The notes under the pieces were generated by a model that was not told the DNA's origin, did no database searches, and was given only the letters and a program-made list of their open reading frames with translations. This document shows positions 14,203 through 22,806 of a DNA stretch of 30,358 bases, piece after piece. Both the position numbers and the translations under genes were made by a program. Within the stretch, counting starts at the first letter, position 1; the number at the start of each line of letters is the position of its first letter. The stretch lies in the IMG/VR virus record IMGVR_UViG_3300029267_003506; one strand, 5' to 3'. This DNA comes from a virus. Taxonomy: Duplodnaviria; Heunggongvirae; Uroviricota; Caudoviricetes.

Positions 14203-15058
14203 CTATCCAGTCCTCTGAAGTCTCGATGCTGATAAGGTCTCCATTGTCGAAAGTCTGAGCAAGCCAGGAGCCATCCGCTTTGACTTGCTCTGCTGTGCCA
14301 TGGGGTTTATCATCTTTCCAACAGTCAACATACCAGGAGCCGTCTGAATTTACCTGCTCACATCTACCGTGAAGTTTGCCGTCCTCGTAGTTGTCAAGAA
14401 ACCAAGTGCCGTCTGAATTTACCTGTTCCAGTTTACCGTGGAGTTTGCCATCCTTGTAGTTTTCAACAAACCAAGAATCATCTGAGAATACTCGTTCTCG
14501 TCTACCGTGGAGTTTGCCATTCTTCCAGGTTTCAACATACCATGAACTGTCTGCTTTTATCCCTTCTCGCCTGCCGTGTTTTTTGCCGTCTTTCCAGTGA
14601 CTGACTTCCCAGGAGCCGTCTGAGTTTACATATTCTGCTTTGCCGTGGAGGTTGTCGTCTTTCCGGGTTTCAACAAGCCAAGAGCCATCTGCTTTTACCC
14701 GTTCTTGTTTGCCGTGGGGCTTGCCGTCTTTCCAGTTGTCAACAAGCCAAGAACCGTCTGAGCCTATCCACTCGCACTTGCCATGACGTTTGCCGTCTTT
14801 GCGGGTTTCAACATACCAGGAGCCATCTGCTTTTACCCGTTCTCGTTTGCCATGGCACTTGTCATCTCTCCAGTTGCTAACAACCCAGGAGCCGTCTGAA
14901 TATACTCGTTCTTGTTTGCCGTGGAGTTTGCCATCCCTCCAGTGACTGACAATCCAGGAACCGTCTGAGTTTACGCATTCCCATTTGCCGTGGAGGTTGC
15001 CGTCTTTGCGGGTTTCAACACACCAAGAACCGTCGTCATTCACGGTCTCAGTCTTCAT
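14192..15058 (-). CDS. MORN-variant repeat protein, 11 repeats, 288 aa
   Basis: Length 35+23x11; 11-nt overlap with neighbours. Confidence 0.92.
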   Translation of the reverse strand: MKTETVNDDGSWCVETRKDGNLHGKWECVNSDGSWIVSHWRDGKLHGKQERVYSDGSWVVSNWRDDKCHGKRERVKADGSWYVETRKDGKRHGKCEWIGSDGSWLVDNWKDGKPHGKQERVKADGSWLVETRKDDNLHGKAEYVNSDGSWEVSHWKDGKKHGRREGIKADSSWYVETWKNGKLHGRRERVFSDDSWFVENYKDGKLHGKLEQVNSDGTWFLDNYEDGKLHGRCEQVNSDGSWYVDCWKDDKPHGTAEQVKADGSWLAQTFDNGDLISIETSEDWIDED

Positions 15059-15569
15059 CTACCCAGTCCTCTGAAGTCTCAATGCTGATAAGGACTCCAT
15101 TGTCGAAAACCTGAGTGAGCCAAGAACCGTCTGCTTTGACTTGCTCTGCTGTGCCATGGGGTTTATCATCTTTCCAATTTTCAACAAACCAGGAGCCGTC
15201 TGAATTTACCTGTTCCCATTTGCCGTGTTTTTTGCCGTCTTTCCAGTGGGCGACATGGCAAGAGCTGTCTAAGAACACCCATTTCCATTTGCCATGGGGT
15301 TTGCCATCCTTGTAGTTTTCAACAAACCAAGAATCATCTGAGAATACTCGTTCTCGTCTACCGTGGAGGTTGCCGTCTTTCCAATTTTCAACAAACCAGG
15401 AGCCGTCTGACTTGACTTGTTCGTATTTGCCGTGTCTTTTGTCATTTTTCCAGTGGCTAACACGCCAGGAACCGTCTGAATATACCTGTTCTCGTCTGCC
15501 ATGGAGTTTGCCGTTCTCCCGGTTTTCAACACGCCAGGAACCGTCATCGTTTATGGTTTCAGTTTTCAT
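15048..15569 (-). CDS. MORN-variant repeat protein, 6 repeats, 173 aa
   Basis: Length 35+23x6. Confidence 0.92.
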   Translation of the reverse strand: MKTETINDDGSWRVENRENGKLHGRREQVYSDGSWRVSHWKNDKRHGKYEQVKSDGSWFVENWKDGNLHGRRERVFSDDSWFVENYKDGKPHGKWKWVFLDSSCHVAHWKDGKKHGKWEQVNSDGSWFVENWKDDKPHGTAEQVKADGSWLTQVFDNGVLISIETSEDWVDED

Positions 15570-16149
15570 CTACCCAGTCCTCTGAAGTCTCGATGCTGAT
15601 AAGGACTCCATTGTCGAAAACCTGAGTGAGCCAAGAACCGTCTGCTTTGACTTGTTCTGCTTTACCGTGAGGTTTATCATCTTTCCAACAGTCAACATAC
15701 CAGGAGCCGTTTGAAAATACCCACTCCTGCTTGCCGTGTTTTTTGCCGTCTTTCCAGTGGGCGACATGGCAAGAGCTGTCTAAGAACACCCATTTCCATT
15801 TGCCATGGGGTTTGCCATCTTTCCGATTTTCGACAACCCAAGAGCCGTCTGAGTTTACTTGTTCGTATCTACCGTGGAGTTTGCCATCCTTGTAGTTTTC
15901 AACAAACCAAGAATCATCTGAGAATACTCGTTCTCGTCTACCGTGGAGTTTGCCATCCTTGTAGTTTTCAACATGCCAGGAGCCGTTTGACTTGACTTGT
16001 TCGTATTTGCCATGTCTTTTGTCATTTTTCCAGTGGCTAACAATCCAAGAACCGTCTGAATATACCTGTTCTCGTCTGCCATGGAGTTTGCCGTTCTCCC
16101 GGTTTTCAACAAGCCAAGAACCGTCGTCATTCACGGTTTCAGTTTTCAT
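15559..16149 (-). CDS. MORN-variant repeat protein, 7 repeats, 196 aa
   Basis: Length 35+23x7. Confidence 0.92.
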   Translation of the reverse strand: MKTETVNDDGSWLVENRENGKLHGRREQVYSDGSWIVSHWKNDKRHGKYEQVKSNGSWHVENYKDGKLHGRRERVFSDDSWFVENYKDGKLHGRYEQVNSDGSWVVENRKDGKPHGKWKWVFLDSSCHVAHWKDGKKHGKQEWVFSNGSWYVDCWKDDKPHGKAEQVKADGSWLTQVFDNGVLISIETSEDWVDEN

Positions 16150-17005
16150 CTACCCAGTCCTCTGAAGTCTCGATGCTGATAAGGTCTCCATTGTCGAAAG
16201 TCTGAGCAAGCCAGGAGCCGTCTGCTTTGACTTGTTCTGCCTTACCATGAGGTTTGCCGTCTTTCCAGTTCTCAGCATACCAAGAACAGTCTGAGTTTAC
16301 GCATTCCCATTTGCCGTGAGGATTGCCGTCTTTCCAACAGTCAACATACCAAGAGCCGCCCGGGAATACTCGTTCTCGTCTACCGTGGAGTTTGCCATCC
16401 TTGTAGTTTTCAACAAACCAAGAATCATCTGAACATGGCCGTTCTCGTTTGCCGTGGAGTTTGCCGTCTTTCCAGTGGCTAATAATCCAAGAACCGTCTG
16501 AATATACCTGTTCGTATTTGCCGTGTCTTTTGCCCTCTTTCCAGTGGCTAACAATCCAAGAACCGTCTGAATATACCTGTTCCTGTCTGCCGTGGAGTTT
16601 GCCGTTCTCGTAGTTGTCAAGAAACCAAGAACCGTCTGAATTTACCTGTTCCCATTTGCCGTGTCTTTTGCCGTTCTCGTAGTTGTCAACAAACCAGGAG
16701 CCGTCTGAATATACCTGTTCCTGTTTGCCGTGTCTTTTGCCATCTTTCCAGTGACTGACTTCCCAGGAACCGTCTGGATATACCTGTTCGTATTTGCCGT
16801 GTTTTTTGCCGTCTTTCCAGTGGCTAACAAACCAAGAATCATCTGAACATAGCCGTTCCCATTTGCCATGTTTCTGACCGTATTTCCAGTTTTCAACATA
16901 CCAAAAACCGTCTGGATATACCTGTTCCTGTCTGCCGTGGAGGTTGCCGTTCTTCCAGGTTTCAACATACCAAGAGCCATCAGAGTTTACGGTTTCAGTC
17001 CTCAT
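16139..17005 (-). CDS. MORN-variant repeat protein, 11 repeats, 288 aa
   Basis: Length 35+23x11. Confidence 0.92.
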   Translation of the reverse strand: MRTETVNSDGSWYVETWKNGNLHGRQEQVYPDGFWYVENWKYGQKHGKWERLCSDDSWFVSHWKDGKKHGKYEQVYPDGSWEVSHWKDGKRHGKQEQVYSDGSWFVDNYENGKRHGKWEQVNSDGSWFLDNYENGKLHGRQEQVYSDGSWIVSHWKEGKRHGKYEQVYSDGSWIISHWKDGKLHGKRERPCSDDSWFVENYKDGKLHGRRERVFPGGSWYVDCWKDGNPHGKWECVNSDCSWYAENWKDGKPHGKAEQVKADGSWLAQTFDNGDLISIETSEDWVDEN

Positions 17006-17516
17006 CTACCCAATCCTCCGAGGTTTCTATGCTGATAAGATCTCCATTGTCGAAAGTCTGAACGAGCCAGGAGCCGTCTGCTTTGACTTGTTCTGCCTTA
17101 CCATGAGGTTTACCGTCTTTCCAACAGTCAACATACCAAGAGCCGTCTGAATATACCTGTTCTCGTCTGCCATGGAGTTTGCCGTTCTCCCGGTTTTCAA
17201 CACGCCAGGAACCGTCTGAAAATACCCACTCACGCTCGCCGTGGAGTTTGCCGTCTTTCCAATTTTCAACAAACCAAGAATCATCTGAACATAGCCATTC
17301 CCATTTGCCGTGTTTTTTACCGTCTTTCCAGTTTTCAACATACCAAAAACCGTCTGAATATACCTGTTCTCGTCTGCCATGGAGTTTGCCGTTCTCCCGG
17401 TTTTCAACATACCAAAAACCGTCTGAAAATACCCACTCACGCTCGCCGTGGAGTTTGCCGTTCTCCCGGTTTTCAACAAGCCAAGAACCGTCGTCATTCA
17501 CGGTCTCAGTCTTCAT
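16995..17516 (-). CDS. MORN-variant repeat protein, 6 repeats, 173 aa
   Basis: Length 35+23x6. Confidence 0.92.
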   Translation of the reverse strand: MKTETVNDDGSWLVENRENGKLHGEREWVFSDGFWYVENRENGKLHGRREQVYSDGFWYVENWKDGKKHGKWEWLCSDDSWFVENWKDGKLHGEREWVFSDGSWRVENRENGKLHGRREQVYSDGSWYVDCWKDGKPHGKAEQVKADGSWLVQTFDNGDLISIETSEDWVDED

Positions 17517-18045
17517 CTATCCAGTCCTCTGAAGTCTCGACACTGATGAGAACTCCATTGTCAAAAGTCTGAACGAGCCAGGAGCCGTCTGCTTTGACTT
17601 GTTCTGCTCTACCGTGAGGCTTACCGTCTTTCCAACAGTCAACATACCAAGAGCCGTCTGAGTTTACGCATTCCTGTTTGCCGTGAGGATTGCCGTCTTT
17701 CCAGTGGCTAACATACCAAGAGCCGTCTGAGGATACGCATTCCTGTTTGCCGTGTCTTTTGCCGTTCTCGTAGTTGTCAAGAAACCAAGAGCCGTCTGAG
17801 GATACGCATTCCCATTTGCCGTGTCTTTTGCCGTTCTCCCGGTTTTCAACAAGCCAAGAACCGTCTGAAAATACCCACTCACGCTCGCCGTGGAGTTTGT
17901 CATCTTTCCAGTTCTCAACAATCCAAGAGCCATTTGAATATACCTGTTCCTGTTTGCCGTGTCTTTTGACGTGTCTTTTGCCGTGTCTTTTGCCGTTCTC
18001 GTAGTTGTCAAGAAACCAAGAGCCATCGTCATTCACAGTCTTCAT
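17506..18045 (-). CDS. MORN-variant repeat protein, 6 repeats plus an 8-aa slippage insert, 179 aa
   Basis: MKTVNDD start; KRHG-KRHV-KRHG triplication. Confidence 0.92.
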   Translation of the reverse strand: MKTVNDDGSWFLDNYENGKRHGKRHVKRHGKQEQVYSNGSWIVENWKDDKLHGEREWVFSDGSWLVENRENGKRHGKWECVSSDGSWFLDNYENGKRHGKQECVSSDGSWYVSHWKDGNPHGKQECVNSDGSWYVDCWKDGKPHGRAEQVKADGSWLVQTFDNGVLISVETSEDWIDED

Positions 18046-18556
18046 CTACCCAATCCTCTAAAGTCTCGACACTGATGAGAACTCCATTGTCAAAAGTCTG
18101 AGTGAGCCAGGAACCGTCTGCCTTGACTTGTTCTGCTCTACCGTGAGGTTTACCGTCTTTCCAGTTGTCAACAAACCAGGAGCCGTCTGAATTTACCTGT
18201 TCCCATTTGCCGTGTCTTTTGCCGTCTTTCCAATTTTCAACAAACCAGGAGCCGTCTGAATATACCTGTTCCTGTTTGCCGTGTCTTTTGCCATCCTTGT
18301 AGTTTTCAACATACCAAGAGCCGTTTGAAAATACCCACTCCTGCTTGCCGTGGAGTTTGCCGTCTTTCCAATTTTCAACAAACCAAGAATCATCTGAACA
18401 TAGCCATTCCCATTTGCCGTGTTTCTGACCGTATTTCCAGTTTTCAACATACCAAAAACCGTCTGGATATACCTGTTCCTGTCTGCCGTGGAGTTTGCCG
18501 TTCTCCCGGTTTTCAACACGCCAGGAACCGTCATCGTTTATGGTTTCAGTCTTCAT
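18029..18556 (-). CDS. MORN-variant repeat protein, 6 repeats, 175 aa
   Basis: Ends DEDCE because the next gene lacks the 6-nt ET codons (17-nt overlap). Confidence 0.92.
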   Translation of the reverse strand: MKTETINDDGSWRVENRENGKLHGRQEQVYPDGFWYVENWKYGQKHGKWEWLCSDDSWFVENWKDGKLHGKQEWVFSNGSWYVENYKDGKRHGKQEQVYSDGSWFVENWKDGKRHGKWEQVNSDGSWFVDNWKDGKPHGRAEQVKADGSWLTQTFDNGVLISVETLEDWVDEDCE

Positions 18557-19274
18557 CTACCCAGTCCTCTGAAGTCTCGACACTGATGAGAACTCCATTG
18601 TCAAAAGTCTGAGTGAGCCAAGAACCGTCTGCTTTGACTTGCTCTGCTTTGCCGTGAGGCTTACCGTCTTTCCAACAGTCAACATACCAAGAGCCGTCTG
18701 AGTTTACGCATTCCTGTTTGCCGTGAGGATTGCCGTCTTTCCAGTGGCTAACATACCAAGAGCCGTTTGAAAATACCCACTCCTCCTTGCCGTGGAGTTT
18801 GCCGTCTTTCCAATTTTCAACAAACCAGGAGCCGTCTGAGTTTACGCATTCCCATTTGCCGTGTTTTTTGCTGTCTTTCCAGTGGCTAACATACCAGGAG
18901 CCATCTGCTTTTATCCCTTCTCGTCTGCCGTGGAGGTTGCCGTTCTCCCGGTTTTCAACAAACCAGGAACAGTCTGAAAATACCTGTTCTCGTCTGCCAT
19001 GGAGTTTGCCGTCTTTCCAATTTTCAACAAACCAGGAGCCGTCTGAATATACCTGTTCTCGTCTGCCATGGAGTTTGCCGTTCTCCCGGTTTTCAACACG
19101 CCAGGAACCGTCTGAAAATACCCACTCACGCTCGCCGTGGAGTTTGTCATCTTTCCAGTTCTCAACAATCCAAGAGCCATTTGAATATACCTGTTCCTGT
19201 TTGCCGTGTCTTTTGCCGTTCTCGTAGTTGTCAAGAAACCAAGAGCCATCGTCATTCACAGTCTCAGTCTTCAT
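18546..19274 (-). CDS. MORN-variant repeat protein, 9 repeats, 242 aa (first gene of array 1)
   Basis: Length 35+23x9; GAGGGG RBS; promoter at 19335-19347. Confidence 0.92.
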   Translation of the reverse strand: MKTETVNDDGSWFLDNYENGKRHGKQEQVYSNGSWIVENWKDDKLHGEREWVFSDGSWRVENRENGKLHGRREQVYSDGSWFVENWKDGKLHGRREQVFSDCSWFVENRENGNLHGRREGIKADGSWYVSHWKDSKKHGKWECVNSDGSWFVENWKDGKLHGKEEWVFSNGSWYVSHWKDGNPHGKQECVNSDGSWYVDCWKDGKPHGKAEQVKADGSWLTQTFDNGVLISVETSEDWVDED

Positions 19275-19334
19275 CCCTCAACACCTCGCCGGTAGCCCAT
19301 AGACATACGTGGTACTAAAAATCCACGTGTGCCC

Positions 19335-19347
19335 ATTATACCATTTT
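19335..19347 (-). promoter_or_regulatory. AAAATGGTATAAT extended -10 promoter for MORN array 1
   Basis: TGnTATAAT about 60 nt upstream of the ATG at 19274. Confidence 0.6.
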
Positions 19348-19394
19348 AGTTGGCAAAATGAGAGAAATTCTTAGAGATATGGTTGCTGCCGGAC

Positions 19395-19676
19395 TTACTC
19401 AGCAGGGCGGGAGTAGTCTGAATCCGGGGTCCTAACCTCAAGGCGTTCCAAATTGCCCTTTTGAAACAGCTCGAAGGTGTTTTTGAAGTCTCCCAGCACG
19501 CACGCATCCCTTCTGCTATGTCTTGAAATAGCATAAGAGAAGGGCTCCTGGTGTTCAAATGGGCGCGCGCGGAAGATCATCCAACCGTCAGCATCAAGAA
19601 TAGTGTACCTGTTGTCCAGTATCGCTTTAACGACGGTTTTGATTACGTCTGAGGATAGTTCCGTTGCCTCATTCAT
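19395..19676 (-). CDS. Hypothetical protein, 93 aa (MNEATELSSD...)
   Basis: GAGG RBS; the track's 19748 start lies inside the terminator element. Confidence 0.7.
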   Translation of the reverse strand: MNEATELSSDVIKTVVKAILDNRYTILDADGWMIFRARPFEHQEPFSYAISRHSRRDACVLGDFKNTFELFQKGNLERLEVRTPDSDYSRPAE

Positions 19677-19699
19677 GATGTCTCGCCTCGAATCTGGGT

Positions 19700-19792
19700 A
19701 AAAAAGGGCACTCGCCGCGTCCAGAGAGTGCCCAATAGACCGGTCCACGCCATCGAGGGACTTACAGGAAGGTCTTGCATGTTCAGAGTGCT
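19700..19792 (-). terminator. Conserved 3' structured element plus intrinsic terminator (copy 2)
   Basis: GGGCACTC/GAGTGCCC stem followed by TTTTTT, with an AGACC/GGTCT stem; paralogous to 891-982. Confidence 0.75.
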
Positions 19793-20680
19793 TTACTTCA
19801 ACAAGCGGTTCAATTGAGCCATCGCTTCGCTGTGCTTGGAGTCCTTAAATTCTTGTTTTGCCAGCGTTCGGACTGTCTTCGTGACTGCCTCAGCGCATTT
19901 TATCAGGTAGGCGTCATGCAGCCAGCCAAGGTCATCAAACAGGTTGTCGTTACCCAGGAGGTCCACAAAAGCATCGGAGACGGACTTGCCCTCGATAGGA
20001 TTCTTGCCGGCTTTCATCCTCTGAACGTATTTAGCAATGGTCCGCACGTCTTTCTCATTCGTAGGTACTGCCCAGGTGCCGGCTGTCCGTTCTTCGCTGG
20101 CTTTGATGCCCTTCTTGGTGATTCTTGCGCTGGTGTTCTTGAGTAACCAGTCCACCTGCTCCTCGAAAGACGGTTTCTTGGACTTTACCCACATATTGAA
20201 GTCCACCTGCTTCTGCATCTGCTTTTCCTGGCGCGCGAGAGCACGAACAAACTCAGACTCTATGCTAGGCTGCTTCTTGAACGGAGCCGGGGACCTCTTG
20301 AATTGCTCCCAGGTCAATTCGTTAATGCTGCCGTCCTCCATCACCTCGGCTAAGGAATAGCGTCCTCCCTTGAACGGCGAGACGATTGCCTTATGTTTCA
20401 CCTTGGCTACCAGTTCTTTAGCCAGCCGCACCAACTCGATAGCCACATCCTCGTTCAGAGGGCACATTGGCGTCCCTCCGCGCGGACCAGTGCCATCCTG
20501 CGGTCCCCTGCGCAGATATCGCCGTCTACGTCTCGGTGCTATTGCAATTCCTTCCTCGTCAATCTCGGTCACAGGACACTCGGGAGCGCCGGCGTATGGA
20601 CCAGTGCCATCAGGAATACCAGGACCCATGATACTGCCTGCTAATTTCACCAGATCACCTGCAATCCGTCTCTCGTCCAT
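19793..20680 (-). CDS. MDER-leader family protein, 295 aa, with a second internal leader-like motif
   Basis: MDERRIAGDLVKLAG; internal VAIELVRLAKELVA; two DGTGP..G.P.CP repeats; AAGGAG RBS. Confidence 0.85.
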   Translation of the reverse strand: MDERRIAGDLVKLAGSIMGPGIPDGTGPYAGAPECPVTEIDEEGIAIAPRRRRRYLRRGPQDGTGPRGGTPMCPLNEDVAIELVRLAKELVAKVKHKAIVSPFKGGRYSLAEVMEDGSINELTWEQFKRSPAPFKKQPSIESEFVRALARQEKQMQKQVDFNMWVKSKKPSFEEQVDWLLKNTSARITKKGIKASEERTAGTWAVPTNEKDVRTIAKYVQRMKAGKNPIEGKSVSDAFVDLLGNDNLFDDLGWLHDAYLIKCAEAVTKTVRTLAKQEFKDSKHSEAMAQLNRLLK

Positions 20681-20746
20681 CTCAGTGCTCCCTTTTAGCC
20701 GCCTGTTCGATTGAAATTACGCATTCTGATCTCATTTCACCTCAGA

Positions 20747-20759
20747 ATATCAAAGAAAT
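20747..20759 (-). promoter_or_regulatory. ATTTCTTTGATAT motif upstream of an MDER gene (putative late promoter)
   Basis: Related motifs at 2021-2033, 7409-7421 and 25392-25406, each 52-67 nt before an ATG. Confidence 0.5.
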
Positions 20760-20933
20760 ATGAGATTTTGACCTCATTTGCGAATTGGGACCGATTACAC
20801 AAACAGAAGGGAGGACGCGCAAAGTGGCAAAACGGCGTAACCCACATTTGAGAAGCCACTTATGATTGATCGTGGCTTTTTTACGGGAGACTCAGTACTT
20901 TTCGTGCGCAAAGGTTCTTCAAAAACCCCAACG

Positions 20934-20946
20934 AAAACGGTATAAT
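20934..20946 (+). promoter_or_regulatory. AAAACGGTATAAT promoter for MORN array 2
   Basis: Same motif as the 5299/5401 pair. Confidence 0.6.
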
Positions 20947-21044
20947 GCAACCGCGAGGCGGCTTTTTGCAGAGGAAAGCCATGCAGAACACAAAAGAATG
21001 TCCCCCGGTGCGGGCTAGTTTTGACGGCGCGCGAGGCAGAGCTA

Positions 21045-21125
21045 ATGGATATTACTGACTGCCCGAAGTGTGGTTTGGCGGGGCACCCGATATTTAACGA
21101 AGAGGAGAGAGCGGAGGAGGAATAA
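21045..21125 (+). CDS. Possible 26-aa CxxC microprotein (MDITDCPKCGLAGHPIFNEEERAEEE)
   Basis: GAGG RBS; stop 1 nt before the next ATG. Confidence 0.45.
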   Translation: MDITDCPKCGLAGHPIFNEEERAEEE

Positions 21126-21126
21126 G

Positions 21127-21762
21127 ATGAGGATATCTATCTTCGTCCCCGGCATCCTTACGGTGCTGGGAGTTATATTCGTCATTGTGTCCTTTGCTGT
21201 CATCACGCCGTGGTTGTCTGTATTGTGGTTCGTTGCGTTCTTTTTGCTGCTGCATTGCGAGCGTTTTTGGGAAGCCATCTTTACAACGGAATTCATAACA
21301 ACCGCGAATGGTGTCGAACTTCGTGGCAGGCGAAAACGACTCTATCCAGGTGGCTCCTTGGTTGTCGAAAACTGGAAAGACGACAGATTCCACGGCAAAT
21401 ATGAGCGATTCAATCCAGATGGCTCTTACTACATCAGCCACTGGAAAAACGGCAAACTTCACGGCAAACGAGAATGGATTTACCCAGGTGGCTCCTTGGT
21501 TGTTGAAAATTGGAAAGACGATAAACTCCACGGCAAATATGAGCGATTCAATCCAGATGGCTCTTACTACATCAGCCACTGGAAAAACGGCAAACTTCAC
21601 GGCAAACGAGAATGGATTTACCCAGACGGTTCCTGGTTTGTTGAAAATTGGAAAGACGATAAACTCCACGGCAAATATGAACAGGTAAACTCAGATGGCT
21701 CCTGGGAAGTCAGAACCTACGACCACGGAACCCTCGTCAGTAGAGAAACTTCGGAGGACTGA
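21127..21762 (+). CDS. Membrane-anchored MORN-variant repeat protein, 211 aa
   Basis: GGAGG RBS; about 40 hydrophobic N-terminal residues, then repeats including a near-exact 46-aa duplication; ends ETSED. Confidence 0.88.
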   Translation: MRISIFVPGILTVLGVIFVIVSFAVITPWLSVLWFVAFFLLLHCERFWEAIFTTEFITTANGVELRGRRKRLYPGGSLVVENWKDDRFHGKYERFNPDGSYYISHWKNGKLHGKREWIYPGGSLVVENWKDDKLHGKYERFNPDGSYYISHWKNGKLHGKREWIYPDGSWFVENWKDDKLHGKYEQVNSDGSWEVRTYDHGTLVSRETSED

Positions 21763-21766
21763 AAAG

Positions 21767-22282
21767 ATGAAGACCACGACAACTGAAACCGTGAATGATG
21801 ATAGTTCTTGGTGTGTTGAAACCCGGAAGAACGGCAAACCCCACGGTAAACGGGAATGGGTATATTCAGACGGGTCCTGGGAAATTGAAACCTACAAAGA
21901 CGGCAAAAAACACGGCAAATGTGAACGAGTATATTCAGACGGGTCCTGGGAAATTGGCAACTACAAAGACAACAAACTCCATGGCAAATGTGAACGGGCA
22001 TATTCAGACGGGTCCTGGGAAATTGAAACCTACAAAGACAACAAACTCCATGGCAAATGTGAACGGGCATATTCAGACGGGTCCTGGGGAATTGGCAACT
22101 ACAAGGATGACAAATTTCACGGCAAATGGGAATTGGTAAACGCGGATGGCTCCTGGCTTGTTGAAAACTGGAGAGATGGTAAAAGACACGGTAAACATGA
22201 ACGGGTAAACTCAGACGGCTCCTGGGAAGTCAGAACCTACGACCACGGAACCCTCATCAGCAAAGAAACCTCGGAGGACTGA
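21767..22282 (+). CDS. MORN-variant repeat protein, 6 repeats, 171 aa
   Basis: MKTTTTETVNDD start; length 33+23x6. Confidence 0.92.
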   Translation: MKTTTTETVNDDSSWCVETRKNGKPHGKREWVYSDGSWEIETYKDGKKHGKCERVYSDGSWEIGNYKDNKLHGKCERAYSDGSWEIETYKDNKLHGKCERAYSDGSWGIGNYKDDKFHGKWELVNADGSWLVENWRDGKRHGKHERVNSDGSWEVRTYDHGTLISKETSED

Positions 22283-22286
22283 AAAA

Positions 22287-22802
22287 ATGAAGACCACGAC
22301 AACAGAAATCGTGAATGATGATGGTTCCTGGGTTGTTGAACACTGGAAAGACGATAAACTCCAGGGCAGACGAGAACGGGTATATTCAGACGGCTCCTGG
22401 ATTGTTAGCCACTGGAAAGACGGCAAAAAACACGGCAAATGGGAATGCGTAAACTCAGACGGCTCCTGGTTTGTTAGTCACTGGAAAGACGATAAACTCC
22501 ACGGTAGACGAGAACAGGTATATTCAAACGGCTCCTGGGTAGTCAGTCACCGGAAAGACGGCAAAAAACACGGCAAATGGGAATGCGTAAACTCAGACGG
22601 CTCCTGGTTTGTTGAAAATTGGAAAGACGGCAAACTTCACGGTAGATGTGAGCAGGTATTTTCAGACTGTTCTTGGTATGCTGATAACTGGAAAGACGAT
22701 AAACTCCACGGTAGACGAGAACAGGTATATTCAAACGGCTCCTGGGTACTTGAAATCTATGACGACGGAACCCTTGTCAGTAGAGAAACCTCGGAGGACT
22801 AA
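22287..22802 (+). CDS. MORN-variant repeat protein, 6 repeats, 171 aa
   Basis: Length 33+23x6; 4-nt spacer. Confidence 0.92.
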   Translation: MKTTTTEIVNDDGSWVVEHWKDDKLQGRRERVYSDGSWIVSHWKDGKKHGKWECVNSDGSWFVSHWKDDKLHGRREQVYSNGSWVVSHRKDGKKHGKWECVNSDGSWFVENWKDGKLHGRCEQVFSDCSWYADNWKDDKLHGRREQVYSNGSWVLEIYDDGTLVSRETSED

Positions 22803-22806
22803 GAAG

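Noticed and set aside
15269-19255. Long alternative-frame and antisense ORFs (MTTVLGLLKTGRTANS..., MPSFQFSTNQEPS...)
   Set aside because: These are shadows of the repetitive codon pattern of the MORN genes, with no RBS or independent context.
13471-19274. CRISPR array (regular ~69-nt periodicity)
   Set aside because: The periodicity is the in-frame 23-aa coding repeat; there are no invariant repeats with unique spacers and no cas genes.
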